Notes: generated from the sequence alone by a model not told the origin. Numbered from the stretch's first letter, positions 15,247-24,392 are shown. The stretch: 32,000 bases of DNA from Flavobacteriaceae bacterium (GCA_965224465.1 OZ245049.1:1980001-2012000), one strand, 5' to 3'. Numbers and translations: made by a program.

Positions 15247-17322
15247 TTAAACCCGTTCTATTTCAATATTTATAATAGTTCCTCTATTAGGGTGTGCATC
15301 AATTGCAAAAGAGCCACGGATGTTCTCTATCCTGTTTTTTATATTTTCAAGTCCAATCCCTTTGGTAATACGTCCTACATCAAAGCCTTTTCCATTATCT
15401 TCAAACATAAAAAACAGATTCCCATCCACAACATCAAGTTGCACATCTATAACAGAAGCCTCTGCGTATTTCAAACTATTCGTAATCAACTCCTTAAGAA
15501 CAGAAAACAATTCGTTTTGTATCTCTTTCTCTAATTTATTCACTTCGTTTTCTGGATACACAGAAATATTTATTTGTAAGCTACTTGCAACGGCTATATT
15601 ATCCAAATAACTTTTTATCAAAGGAACAAAATCGCTATTTAGAATAGTCTTCGGAATTAAATCATGTGATAAATCTCTCACTTGCTCATACGTTTCGTCC
15701 AATTGCTTGTAGATAAGATCTTTTTTTTCTGGATGTTTATCCAGTTGACTGAATTGTAATTTTATTGCTGCCAAATTACCTCCTACAGAATCGTGCATCT
15801 CTTGCGCTATTTTTTGACGTGCTCTATCTTGCCCTTCTACTTCCGCTTTTATAAGTTTTAACTCTTGATCTTTCATCAAGGTGACCACATTTTGAGAAGC
15901 AACTTCCTTTTCTTTTTCATGCAATAAACTCTGAGCCTGTAACTTTTGATAATACATTACTAAAACACCAATAATGGGCGCTAATAAAATCAAAAAAGCA
16001 ATTAAAATAAAGTATTGAATTGACTTTTGCCGTTTCATTTCTATTACTTTCAACTGTCCTTTCTTTTTTAATAAGGATATTTCACTTTTTCTTTTGGTTA
16101 CTTTATTCTCTAGGCTAAGAATACTATTTTCACTTTCTTTCTCTATTAATTTTTGTTCTAGGTGTAATTTTTCAATAGCATCATCCTTTGTTTTTAATTT
16201 TAATTTTTTATTTAGATTCTGAATTTGCAATACTTTTATAGCCTGGTCTTTTTCCAGTGTCCTAAATTTCACTTCAAGACTAATAACCTCTTTACTTTTT
16301 TGTAAATTACTTATTGAATCCTTAAGCTTATGGTACCTATTTACAGTTTCAAAAGCACTTTTAAAATCTTTCTTTTGTTTAAATATAAGCGCTAATTTCT
16401 TATAACTTTCTACTTGAATCTGAAGTAAACCCAAATTTATTGCTTTCGAAATATTTTCTCCTAATAATATAGATGCTTCCTTCAATTTATTTTTAATGAT
16501 AAAAATATCAATAATATTCTGTGTTAAAATAAGTTCTAAGTTTTGATCCTTATGCTTAACGCATAATTCTTTTGCTTTGATATAAAAGTCCAAGGCTTTG
16601 TCAAAATCAGCAACCTCGTTGTAATTATTCCCCATATTAAGAAACACCGTAGCCAAGGCCTTATCATTTCTGTTTTTACGAGCAATTTTCTCTGCTTTCA
16701 ACAAACATGAATTTGATAATTTAAATTTCTTCTGACTGGAATAAATAGAAGCAATATTAATATAAACCCCTAAAATAATCTCTTTATCTTGGCTATTCTC
16801 TTTACTTTTTAAAAAATACTCTAAGGCTTTTTTATCTTGCCCCAACAGTAAATATGAATTTGCGAGTCCATATATATGCCCGTAATACAAATCCTTTTCG
16901 TTGTATTTTTTAGAAACTTCTACACCTAACAAATGCCATTTTTTACTAAGAAAAAACAAGCCCTTATTTTTATAATTCAAAGCCCTTAAATTGTACGCTA
17001 AAGACAATCGACGGTGGCGTAAGGAATCACTTTCCACCTTATACAACAATGCCTTATCTATATAGTACATAGAAGAATCCACAAGCGAATGGGCATTAAA
17101 ATAATAGGCCAACAACAAATTAACATTTGATTTTGACTTATTTATTTTTACCGTTTTCAACAACCTATGTGCCATGGCATAGGTTTTCTTCATATTGTTG
17201 TTATTGTAATAAGAAAAAGCTTCTGCTACTTGTTCTTTTTCAGCATCCATTTCCTGAGCAAGACAGCACATAGGAAAAAGAATACCTACCAAAAAAAACA
17301 TCATTATTTTTTTTACAAACAT
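15247..17322 (-). CDS. Sensor histidine kinase: extracytoplasmic TPR array, coiled coil, single TM helix, HisKA_3 and HATPase_c
   Basis: Signal-like N-terminus (FFLVGILFPMCCLAQE). TPR-like repeats run over about 300 aa, followed by a K/E/L-rich coiled coil. The TM helix is IQYFILIAFLILLAPIIGVLVMYY. The H-box is AQEMHDSVGGNLAAIKLQ. ATPase motifs are ELITNSLKYA and EDNGKGF. The track start at 17328 is TTG; the first ATG is at 17322 and an alternative ATGATG is at 17304. Confidence 0.85.
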   Translation of the reverse strand: MFVKKIMMFFLVGILFPMCCLAQEMDAEKEQVAEAFSYYNNNNMKKTYAMAHRLLKTVKINKSKSNVNLLLAYYFNAHSLVDSSMYYIDKALLYKVESDSLRHRRLSLAYNLRALNYKNKGLFFLSKKWHLLGVEVSKKYNEKDLYYGHIYGLANSYLLLGQDKKALEYFLKSKENSQDKEIILGVYINIASIYSSQKKFKLSNSCLLKAEKIARKNRNDKALATVFLNMGNNYNEVADFDKALDFYIKAKELCVKHKDQNLELILTQNIIDIFIIKNKLKEASILLGENISKAINLGLLQIQVESYKKLALIFKQKKDFKSAFETVNRYHKLKDSISNLQKSKEVISLEVKFRTLEKDQAIKVLQIQNLNKKLKLKTKDDAIEKLHLEQKLIEKESENSILSLENKVTKRKSEISLLKKKGQLKVIEMKRQKSIQYFILIAFLILLAPIIGVLVMYYQKLQAQSLLHEKEKEVASQNVVTLMKDQELKLIKAEVEGQDRARQKIAQEMHDSVGGNLAAIKLQFSQLDKHPEKKDLIYKQLDETYEQVRDLSHDLIPKTILNSDFVPLIKSYLDNIAVASSLQINISVYPENEVNKLEKEIQNELFSVLKELITNSLKYAEASVIDVQLDVVDGNLFFMFEDNGKGFDVGRITKGIGLENIKNRIENIRGSFAIDAHPNRGTIINIEIERV

Positions 17323-17325
17323 ATA

Positions 17326-17333
17326 CAAATGTA
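17326..17333 (-). promoter_or_regulatory. Candidate -7 promoter box (TAnnTTTG) for the kinase/regulator operon
   Basis: The minus strand reads tacatttg. It lies 3 nt before the first ATG (17322), which argues that the real start is the downstream ATGATG at 17304. Confidence 0.3.
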
Positions 17334-17400
17334 TCTATAATATTTTTCTGGTTTCTCACTGAATAATGGGATATTCAGGAACCTATCAAATTTAACCCTT

Positions 17401-17481
17401 CATTGAGGTTTTAATTCCCCTAAGCGCTACCTCGAAATAGAAAATAATATTTCGGAAACAGCTCGCTCCCTTGGGTTGAGG
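17401..17481 (+). repeat. Family-2 intergenic repeat, copy 2
   Basis: See 14041-14125. Shared blocks are attga(g/c)g(t)tttaatt, cctcgaaata(g/a)aaa and ctcg(c/t)(t/g)cccttggg..gagg. Confidence 0.6.
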
Positions 17482-17514
17482 TTGTTGATTTATTAATGGG
17501 AATACGATACTCTA

Positions 17515-17587
17515 ATACCAGTTACATTTACAAGTGAAGGCTTAAAATAAATCATTTATATCGGTCATTTTGGATTGTAATTGGAAT
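17515..17587 (+). repeat. Family-1 repeat, internally deleted mini-copy D (73 bp)
   Basis: ataccagttacatttacaagtgaaggcttaaaa | taaatcatttatatcggtcattttggattgtaattggaat keeps both termini and the ttatatcggtc core but lacks about 85 bp of the centre. Confidence 0.7.
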
Positions 17588-17638
17588 AAAAACTAATTTC
17601 CTTTTATGAAACCTAATTATAAACCATTCAAAAGAAAC

Positions 17639-17956
17639 TCATCTTCTGTTTTTTTCTTCTTTATTTTTTATAGTTTTTTTCAACCAACAAGCGGCTAAAA
17701 CAGCCAGTCCTCCTCCTAAAAAAGAGACGAACATGTTAACACTAAAAAGAGTAAGGTCAACAGTACCAGAAAACATTATCGCTTTTGGATCAAAGCCCAA
17801 ACGCCCTAAAGATTTAATCAAAAGAGCACTTCCAAAAACACCCGCAATGGTATTTCCTATAAGTCCAAAAGAACAATTCCTACATAATAAACCAATACAA
17901 TTTGCTCCTACGATACCAACGAGAAGACTTGTAATGGCGATGAGTGTATCCGTCAT
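17639..17956 (-). CDS. Small glycine-zipper membrane protein (GlsB/YeaQ/YmgE-like), likely co-transcribed with cydAB
   Basis: 105 aa with three hydrophobic G-rich segments (LLVGIVGANCIGLL, LIGNTIAGVFGSALL, FLGGGLAVLAACWL) and a basic tail. It starts 22 bp after the cydB stop. Confidence 0.4.
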   Translation of the reverse strand: MTDTLIAITSLLVGIVGANCIGLLCRNCSFGLIGNTIAGVFGSALLIKSLGRLGFDPKAIMFSGTVDLTLFSVNMFVSFLGGGLAVLAACWLKKTIKNKEEKNRR

Positions 17957-17978
17957 TTTAAATATTGTTTAATAGCAT

Positions 17979-19052
17979 TTAATGTCCATAATCCATTTTG
18001 TCAACTTTACCACCTAGGAGTCTTTTTTGAATAATCAAATAGACAAATAATAAAATAAACCCTACAATCCCCCAAGCCATTGCTACAGATAATCCATATT
18101 CAGATGCCGCCGTATTATAAATAGTTAAGGATTCGTTTACCGTATTTGTTGAGGGTAATATAACAGGAAATATAGAAGCCAAAGACGTAGTGATTCCTCC
18201 CAAAACTAATAGGGATGAACAGATAAACCCATACACATCTTTCTCGAATTTCTTGACAAAGAACAAGCCTACAAGACCCGTTATATAAATCACTGGAAAT
18301 AGCAGAAGATATGGTTTCTCCGTAAAATTATCAAAACAAGAAGGATTGATCCACTTCCAAACCACCAAAGAGAACAAGGTCAAGAGAGCCAAAACAACAT
18401 TCAGTTTTAAAATGGTTGTTTTCAGTCGCTTATTAATAGAGGCGTTGGTTTTTAAAATAATCCAATTTGCTCCATGTATCGCTAAAGTAACTACCGTAAT
18501 CAAGCCTATAATTATTGTAAAGTAATCTATAACACCTGGTGACTCTGTCAACGGACTAAAACTAGCATCCCATAATGGAAGAAAAAAGTAATGACCTTCA
18601 TATTTAGATATGCCATTTTCTACCCCTCCTAAATTCACACCGCGTACAATATTCCCCAGGGCTATCCCAAAAAACAATGCCAATAATAAACTAGAGACTC
18701 CAAAAGAAGTATCCCAAATATCTTTCCACATTTGGAAAGAAAACTGACTCCTAAATTCTAAACCAATAGCTCTAAAAATAATCAACCATAAAACCATCAT
18801 AAGCGGCAAATAAAAGCCACTAAAAACAGAAGCATAAAAAGTAGGAAAAGCCATAAAAAGCATCCCTCCAGCAGTGACTAACCACACTTCGTTTGAATCC
18901 CAAAATAACCCCGCCGATTTGGCAATAACTTCTTTATCTTTTTCATCTTTCGCCATAAACAAGTGGATAATTCCAACTCCGAAATCATATCCATCTAAAA
19001 TAAAAAATACGGTTAAAACAATAGCGACTATAATATACCAAAATAATTCCAT
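17979..19052 (-). CDS. cydB: Cytochrome bd ubiquinol oxidase subunit II
   Basis: The N-terminus MELFWYIIVAIVLTVFFILDGYDFGVG is typical of CydB (DGFDxGVG). It is polytopic, 357 aa, and lies 3 bp after cydA. Confidence 0.9.
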   Translation of the reverse strand: MELFWYIIVAIVLTVFFILDGYDFGVGIIHLFMAKDEKDKEVIAKSAGLFWDSNEVWLVTAGGMLFMAFPTFYASVFSGFYLPLMMVLWLIIFRAIGLEFRSQFSFQMWKDIWDTSFGVSSLLLALFFGIALGNIVRGVNLGGVENGISKYEGHYFFLPLWDASFSPLTESPGVIDYFTIIIGLITVVTLAIHGANWIILKTNASINKRLKTTILKLNVVLALLTLFSLVVWKWINPSCFDNFTEKPYLLLFPVIYITGLVGLFFVKKFEKDVYGFICSSLLVLGGITTSLASIFPVILPSTNTVNESLTIYNTAASEYGLSVAMAWGIVGFILLFVYLIIQKRLLGGKVDKMDYGH

Positions 19053-19055
19053 AAT

Positions 19056-20387
19056 TTAATGTGTTTGATGTTTAGGACCTTGATGAATTGTCTTTCCTAC
19101 TAATACTAAAAATAACAGGCCGAGAATTAAATACAATCCTACAAAACCTAACAACGTAAATAAGGTATTCCCTGAGGATACTGTTGGAGAAATCCCATCA
19201 CTTGTTTTTAACAAGCCATACACTAAATAAGGTTGTCTTCCCAATTCAGCAACATACCAACCTGTGATATTAGCGATATAAGGGAACGGAAATAAAAACA
19301 TGATAGCCCATAACAGTTTTTTATTTACATATAACTTTTTTCTCCACAAAAAGAATACAGCCAAACTCATAATCCCTATAAATATAGTTCCTAGACCCAC
19401 CATAATATGGTAGGAGTAATAAAGCGCAGGAATATTATCTGGCAATTCTTCTTTTTTAAATTGATCCATCCCCTGTATTTGACGATCCCATTCTAAATAG
19501 GTCAAAAAGCTCAATATATTAGGAACAGCTATTTTGTTGTCTAATTTTTTTTCTACCATGTTCGGTTGTCCTATCAATACGATTTCCGCTCCTGCATGTT
19601 CAGTTTCAAAAATCCCTTCCATGGCTGCAAAAGTAGCTGGTTGATATTTTGCTACATTTTTAGCATTTAAATCTCCTGTAGGAAAAGCGACAAGGATGCT
19701 TGAGATCAATCCAAAAATAACGCCCGTTTTTAAAAACAACATCCCAAACTCAACATTTTTTTCTCGTAAAATATAAAATGCACCAATACTAGCAACCACA
19801 AATGATGAAGTCACCACAGATGCCACTTGGTTGTGTAAGAAAGCTGGCAATAGCCATGGGTTTGTAAATAATTCTGAAAAGTTTTTCAAAACAAACACAC
19901 CGTTCTCTAAAACTTCATGCCCCACTGGATGTTGCATCCATGCATTGGTAGCTAGAATAAACCAACCACTTGCCCAAGAACCTAGAAAAACTAAAAAACC
20001 TGTTAAAAAGTGTAATTTCTGACCCATCAATTTTTCTCCAAAAATAAATAACGCTAAAAAAGAAGACTCTAAAAAGAAGGAAAACATTCCTTCCATGGCC
20101 AATGTCTGACCAATAATCCCTCCTGTAAGTTCTGAGAACTTAGCCCAATTGGTTCCAAACTGAAACTCCATTGGAATACCAGTCACCACACCCATCGTAA
20201 AATTAATAGCAAAAATCTTCATAAAAAACTTTGCTGCATCATTATATTTTTCCAATTTCTTCCTAAGGTACAATCCTTTATAAAAAACAATTATAAGGGA
20301 TAAACCCATTGTCAATTGAGGAAATATATAATGAAAGGTAATCGTAAAAGCAAATTGTAATCTGTCGTAAAAGAGCATATCTTCCAT
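19056..20387 (-). CDS. cydA: Cytochrome bd ubiquinol oxidase subunit I (short Q-loop type)
   Basis: LQFAFTITFHYIFPQLTMGL, WAKFSELTGGIIG...AMEG and AELGRQPYLVYGLLKT (GRQPW-type motif); 443 aa. Confidence 0.9.
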   Translation of the reverse strand: MEDMLFYDRLQFAFTITFHYIFPQLTMGLSLIIVFYKGLYLRKKLEKYNDAAKFFMKIFAINFTMGVVTGIPMEFQFGTNWAKFSELTGGIIGQTLAMEGMFSFFLESSFLALFIFGEKLMGQKLHFLTGFLVFLGSWASGWFILATNAWMQHPVGHEVLENGVFVLKNFSELFTNPWLLPAFLHNQVASVVTSSFVVASIGAFYILREKNVEFGMLFLKTGVIFGLISSILVAFPTGDLNAKNVAKYQPATFAAMEGIFETEHAGAEIVLIGQPNMVEKKLDNKIAVPNILSFLTYLEWDRQIQGMDQFKKEELPDNIPALYYSYHIMVGLGTIFIGIMSLAVFFLWRKKLYVNKKLLWAIMFLFPFPYIANITGWYVAELGRQPYLVYGLLKTSDGISPTVSSGNTLFTLLGFVGLYLILGLLFLVLVGKTIHQGPKHQTH

Positions 20388-20660
20388 ACTATCATATTTA
20401 AAAACCCTAACGTATAGAGTATAATTTAAGGGATTAAAAGTACTACATTTAAGATTCTAAACAGGTATTATTACACAATTTATTCTACGAATATCACTTC
20501 TATTATATGACAAGAAACTCAGTGTTCACCTAGTACTAACAGTTATATTTATTTAAAAACGATTCCTGTAAAACAACTTAAAACGCAACTTAAAACAAAA
20601 CATTTCCTTTGTTAATAGTAGAGAAAATGATAAGATGAGCCTTATTGCAAAGAATTTTAT

Positions 20661-20668
20661 TATTTTTG
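20661..20668 (+). promoter_or_regulatory. Candidate -7 promoter box (TAnnTTTG) for fabD
   Basis: tatttttg ends 21 nt upstream of the fabD ATG. There is a weak attg about 20 bp further upstream. Confidence 0.35.
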
Positions 20669-20689
20669 CCACTATTAAATTGAAAATTT

Positions 20690-21580
20690 ATGAAAGCATA
20701 TATTTTTCCAGGTCAAGGAGCACAGTTCACAGGAATGGGACTTGACCTATACGAAAACTCGCCTTTAGCACAACAATTGTTTGAGCAAGCCAATGAGATA
20801 TTAGGTTTTTCTATTACCGACATCATGTTCGAAGGAACGGCTGAACAGCTAAAACAAACCAAAGTTACACAGCCTGCAATTTTTTTGCATTCTGTAATCT
20901 TGGCTAAAACCTTAGGTGACGATTTTAAGCCCGAAATGGTGGCTGGTCACTCTCTAGGAGAACTATCTGCATTAGTAGCAAACAACGTTTTAACTTTTGA
21001 AGACGGCTTAAAACTAGTTGCAAAACGAGCTACAGCAATGCAAAAAGCATGTGAAGTTCAATCCTCTACAATGGCTGCTGTTATAGGACTCGCAGATGAT
21101 ATCGTAGTAGACACTTGTAAAGAAATTAAAGGAATTGTTGTGGCTGCAAATTACAATTGCCCAGGGCAATTGGTGATTTCTGGTGAAGATGCTGCAATAG
21201 ATGAAGCCTGTAAGATACTAACCGAAAAAGGGGCCAAAAGAGCCTTAAAACTACCTGTTGGTGGTGCTTTCCACTCTCCTTTAATGGAGCCTGCACGTGA
21301 AGAATTAGCAGCAGCAATTAAAGAAACTACATTCAGTAACCCTAGCTGCCCTGTGTATCAAAATGTTACAGCTTCTGCAGTAATGGATCCAGAAGAAATC
21401 AAGAAAAACTTAATTTCACAATTAACAGCTCCCGTACGTTGGACACAATCTGTCCAAGCAATGATTACTGATGGAGGTACTGAATTTGTAGAAGTTGGAC
21501 CAGGAAAAGTTTTACAAGGGTTGATGCGTAAAATTGATCGATCTGTAGCTGCAAGTGGTGCTACTTTTGTGGCAGCATAG
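20690..21580 (+). CDS. fabD: Malonyl-CoA:ACP transacylase
   Basis: FPGQGAQ, the GHSLGE nucleophile elbow, and GAFHSPLM; 296 aa. Confidence 0.95.
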   Translation: MKAYIFPGQGAQFTGMGLDLYENSPLAQQLFEQANEILGFSITDIMFEGTAEQLKQTKVTQPAIFLHSVILAKTLGDDFKPEMVAGHSLGELSALVANNVLTFEDGLKLVAKRATAMQKACEVQSSTMAAVIGLADDIVVDTCKEIKGIVVAANYNCPGQLVISGEDAAIDEACKILTEKGAKRALKLPVGGAFHSPLMEPAREELAAAIKETTFSNPSCPVYQNVTASAVMDPEEIKKNLISQLTAPVRWTQSVQAMITDGGTEFVEVGPGKVLQGLMRKIDRSVAASGATFVAA

Positions 21581-21654
21581 TCTCGTTTTCACATCCTTCA
21601 AAGAGAAGTCAAAAGAACACATAGAATGTAAACATTCAATCTCTTGTTATAGAG

Positions 21655-21697
21655 AAAAAAAAAAAAGGTTAGAAATTAAATTTCTAACCTTTTTTTT
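21655..21697. terminator. Bidirectional rho-independent terminator downstream of fabD
   Basis: Perfect 10-bp stem ggttagaaat / atttctaacc (21667-21689) with a 3-nt loop. It is flanked by A12 on the left and T8 on the right. Confidence 0.85.
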
Positions 21698-21814
21698 AAG
21701 CCGATAAAACACATCAAAAGACTCCTAAAACTCATTAGATGTGACCTATCGAAAAAAAGTGTGTCTTAAAAGTATACTTATTAGAGTAATTGAAAAATTT
21801 GGGGAAAGGTTTCA

Positions 21815-21845
21815 ATAAAAAAAGGTCGCGAATGCGACCTTTTTC
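21815..21845. terminator. Second bidirectional terminator, nearest to the galE 3' end
   Basis: aggtcgc gaat gcgacct is a 7-bp GC-rich stem (21823-21840), flanked by an A-run on the left and ttttt on the right. Confidence 0.7.
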
Positions 21846-21884
21846 TATTTATATACTCCTGTATAAACACCTAAGAGTTGTTTT

Positions 21885-21941
21885 ATACCTATTACAATTC
21901 AACCGACCGATATAATAGTCTTCTAAAAATACAATTGGTAT
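21885..21941 (-). repeat. Family-1 repeat, internally deleted mini-copy F (57 bp)
   Basis: The reverse complement ataccaattgtatttttagaagactattatatcggtcggttgaattgtaataggtat has both termini and the tatatcggtc core and nothing else. Confidence 0.6.
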
Positions 21942-21958
21942 TTCAACGCAATACTCAT

Positions 21959-22969
21959 TTACAACGTTTGTTGCCATTTCCAAGCATCACGTAAGGCATC
22001 TTCTATATTTTGTTCTGCTGACCATCCCAATTCGTTGTTGGCTAAATTTGTATCAGCATACGCAGCTGTAATATCCCCTTCACGGCGACCAACAATCTTA
22101 TAATTTAGAGATTTTCCACTCACTTTTTCAAAAGCTTTGATTACTTCTAAAACACTGTTCCCTTTTCCTGTTCCAATATTGAAAGTTTCAAACTGCGTTT
22201 TATTAGTTCCTCCTAGCAATCTTTTTAAAGCAATAATATGTGCTTTTGCAAGATCTACTACATGGATATAATCTCTTACTGCTGTTCCATCTACAGTAGG
22301 ATAATCATCTCCAAAAACAGCTAATTCTTTACGTATTCCAGCTCCTGTCTGAGTGATATAAGGAATTAAATTTTGAGGCACTCCAATTGGCAATTCTCCA
22401 ATAATTGCAGATGGGTGTGCTCCAATAGGATTGAAATAACGCAAGGCTATGGCGTTTAAACCTCCTGTTTTAGTCGTATCTGTAATAATTTCCTCTCCTA
22501 TTTGTTTGGTGTTTCCATAAGGGGATTCTGCAAATTTAATGGGAGCATTTTCTGTAATAGGCAATTCGTCTGCTTGACCATACACCGTGCAAGAAGAACT
22601 AAAAATAAAATTAGTTACTTTGTTTTTTTGCATCGCTTTTAACACATACACTAGGGCTGCAATATTATTTTCATAATATTCCAAGGGCTTTTGAACACTT
22701 TCTCCTACAGCTTTTGAAGCAGCAAAATGAATCACTCCATCAACTTTATTCTCATCAAAAAAAGAAGCTACTGCATCCTTTTCACGTAAATCTAAATTAA
22801 AATAGCTTGGTTTTATCCCACTAATTTTAGTGATATTATCCAAAACTTCAATTTTTGAGTTGTATAAATTATCAATAATTACAACTTCAAATCCTTCTTT
22901 TTGTAATTCTACAACGGTATGTGAGCCAATAAACCCAAGACCTCCTGTGACTAATATTTTTTTTGCCAT
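21959..22969 (-). CDS. galE: UDP-glucose 4-epimerase
   Basis: MAKKILVTGGLGFIGSH Rossmann N-terminus, SSSCTVYG, and the catalytic YGNTK (YxxxK). The track ORF has a 10-codon upstream extension (MFFFSSQIIS) that I regard as non-coding. Confidence 0.9.
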   Translation of the reverse strand: MAKKILVTGGLGFIGSHTVVELQKEGFEVVIIDNLYNSKIEVLDNITKISGIKPSYFNLDLREKDAVASFFDENKVDGVIHFAASKAVGESVQKPLEYYENNIAALVYVLKAMQKNKVTNFIFSSSCTVYGQADELPITENAPIKFAESPYGNTKQIGEEIITDTTKTGGLNAIALRYFNPIGAHPSAIIGELPIGVPQNLIPYITQTGAGIRKELAVFGDDYPTVDGTAVRDYIHVVDLAKAHIIALKRLLGGTNKTQFETFNIGTGKGNSVLEVIKAFEKVSGKSLNYKIVGRREGDITAAYADTNLANNELGWSAEQNIEDALRDAWKWQQTL

Positions 22970-23029
22970 ACTTATAATTTGTGAGCTAAAAAAAAACAAG
23001 ACTTAAGGTCTTGTTTTTTAACTCTGTGT

Positions 23030-24160
23030 TTATTTTGAAACGAATTCCAATAAGGTATTGGTGATAAACGATTGTTGTTCCTCATCCAATTCGGTATGCA
23101 TTGGTAAAGAAATAACGGTGTGAATCAATTCGTTAGTTATTTTAAAGTCTTCTTCCTTATAACGCTTATCAGCATATGCCTTTTGACTGTGTAATGGCAC
23201 TGGATAATAAATTGCATTTGGAATGTTGTTATCCAATAAATGCTGATGCAATGCATCACGATCTACCCCAATCACACGCAATGTATATTGATGAAATACG
23301 TGGGTTGAAAAAGAGCTCGTAATAGGTGTAATAATTTTATCTGAAACAGCAAAAGCATCATTATAAAACGTAGCTGCTTTTAATCGAGCAGCACAGTAAT
23401 CATTTAAATAAGGCAATTTAATACGTAATACTGCAGCTTGCATACTATCCAAACGAGAATTCACTCCTACTACGTCGTGGTAATAACGCTTGTACATTCC
23501 GTGATTTACAATTCCTCTAATAATATGTGCCAAATCATCATCGTTGGTAAAAATAGCTCCACCATCACCATAACAACCTAAGTTTTTTGAAGGAAAGAAA
23601 GAGGTAGTTCCAATGTCTCCAATAGTCCCAGCCTTTTTAACCGACCCATCTTTTGAAGTATAATCTGCCCCAATTGCTTGTGCTGTATCTTCAATTACAA
23701 ATAAGTTATGTGCTTTAGCAACTTCCATTACAGCATCCATATTGGCACATTGCCCAAACAAATGTACAGGTACAATGGCTTTTGTTTTTGAAGTAATCGC
23801 CTTTTTTAAAGCCTCAATATCCATATTAAAAGTAGCTGCTTCAACATCAACCAATACAGGCGTTAATCGCAACAATGCAATCACCTCAACGGTGGCTGCA
23901 AAAGTAAAATCGGCAGTAATCACTTCGTCTCCTGGTTCTAAACCTAGCCCCATCATCGCAATCTGTAAAGCATCCGTTCCGTTTGCACAAGGAATCACAT
24001 GTTTTACACCTAAATACGTTTCTAAATCTGATTGAAAAGTTTTTACATCAGGACCTCCTACATAATAAGCAGAATCCAACACGCTATGCAACGCCTCATC
24101 TACCTGCGGCTTGATTTGTTTGTATTGACCCTGAAGATCAACCATTTGAATTTTCTTCAT
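23030..24160 (-). CDS. DegT/DnrJ/EryC1/StrS-family PLP-dependent sugar aminotransferase
   Basis: GTDALQIA, VPVHLFGQ, and SFFPSKNLGCYGDGG (PLP-lysine motif); 376 aa. Confidence 0.9.
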   Translation of the reverse strand: MKKIQMVDLQGQYKQIKPQVDEALHSVLDSAYYVGGPDVKTFQSDLETYLGVKHVIPCANGTDALQIAMMGLGLEPGDEVITADFTFAATVEVIALLRLTPVLVDVEAATFNMDIEALKKAITSKTKAIVPVHLFGQCANMDAVMEVAKAHNLFVIEDTAQAIGADYTSKDGSVKKAGTIGDIGTTSFFPSKNLGCYGDGGAIFTNDDDLAHIIRGIVNHGMYKRYYHDVVGVNSRLDSMQAAVLRIKLPYLNDYCAARLKAATFYNDAFAVSDKIITPITSSFSTHVFHQYTLRVIGVDRDALHQHLLDNNIPNAIYYPVPLHSQKAYADKRYKEEDFKITNELIHTVISLPMHTELDEEQQSFITNTLLEFVSK

Positions 24161-24392
24161 CTGTTCTATATTTTATACTGATACAAAAAGAAGTTAAAAA
24201 AAGACGTATCAAGATCTTGATTCCTTTACAACTTTAAGCACCTATTTATAATTAATAATTGATTTATTGATATCGTATACCAACTAACAAAAATACAAAT
24301 AAATACTTAGTTAAGCGACAACAAAATTGCAGATAAAATTTCGATTTCAAGGGGGACAGATTCGTCTATAACCCCTCCTTAATTGTGCAAAA

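Noticed and set aside
17639-17956. The small gene after cydB considered as a CydX/CydS-type oxidase subunit
   Set aside because: At 105 aa with three glycine-zipper helices it is far larger than the roughly 30-40-aa single-helix CydX family. It looks more like a GlsB/YeaQ-type protein. Co-transcription with cydAB is plausible, but a subunit role is unsupported.
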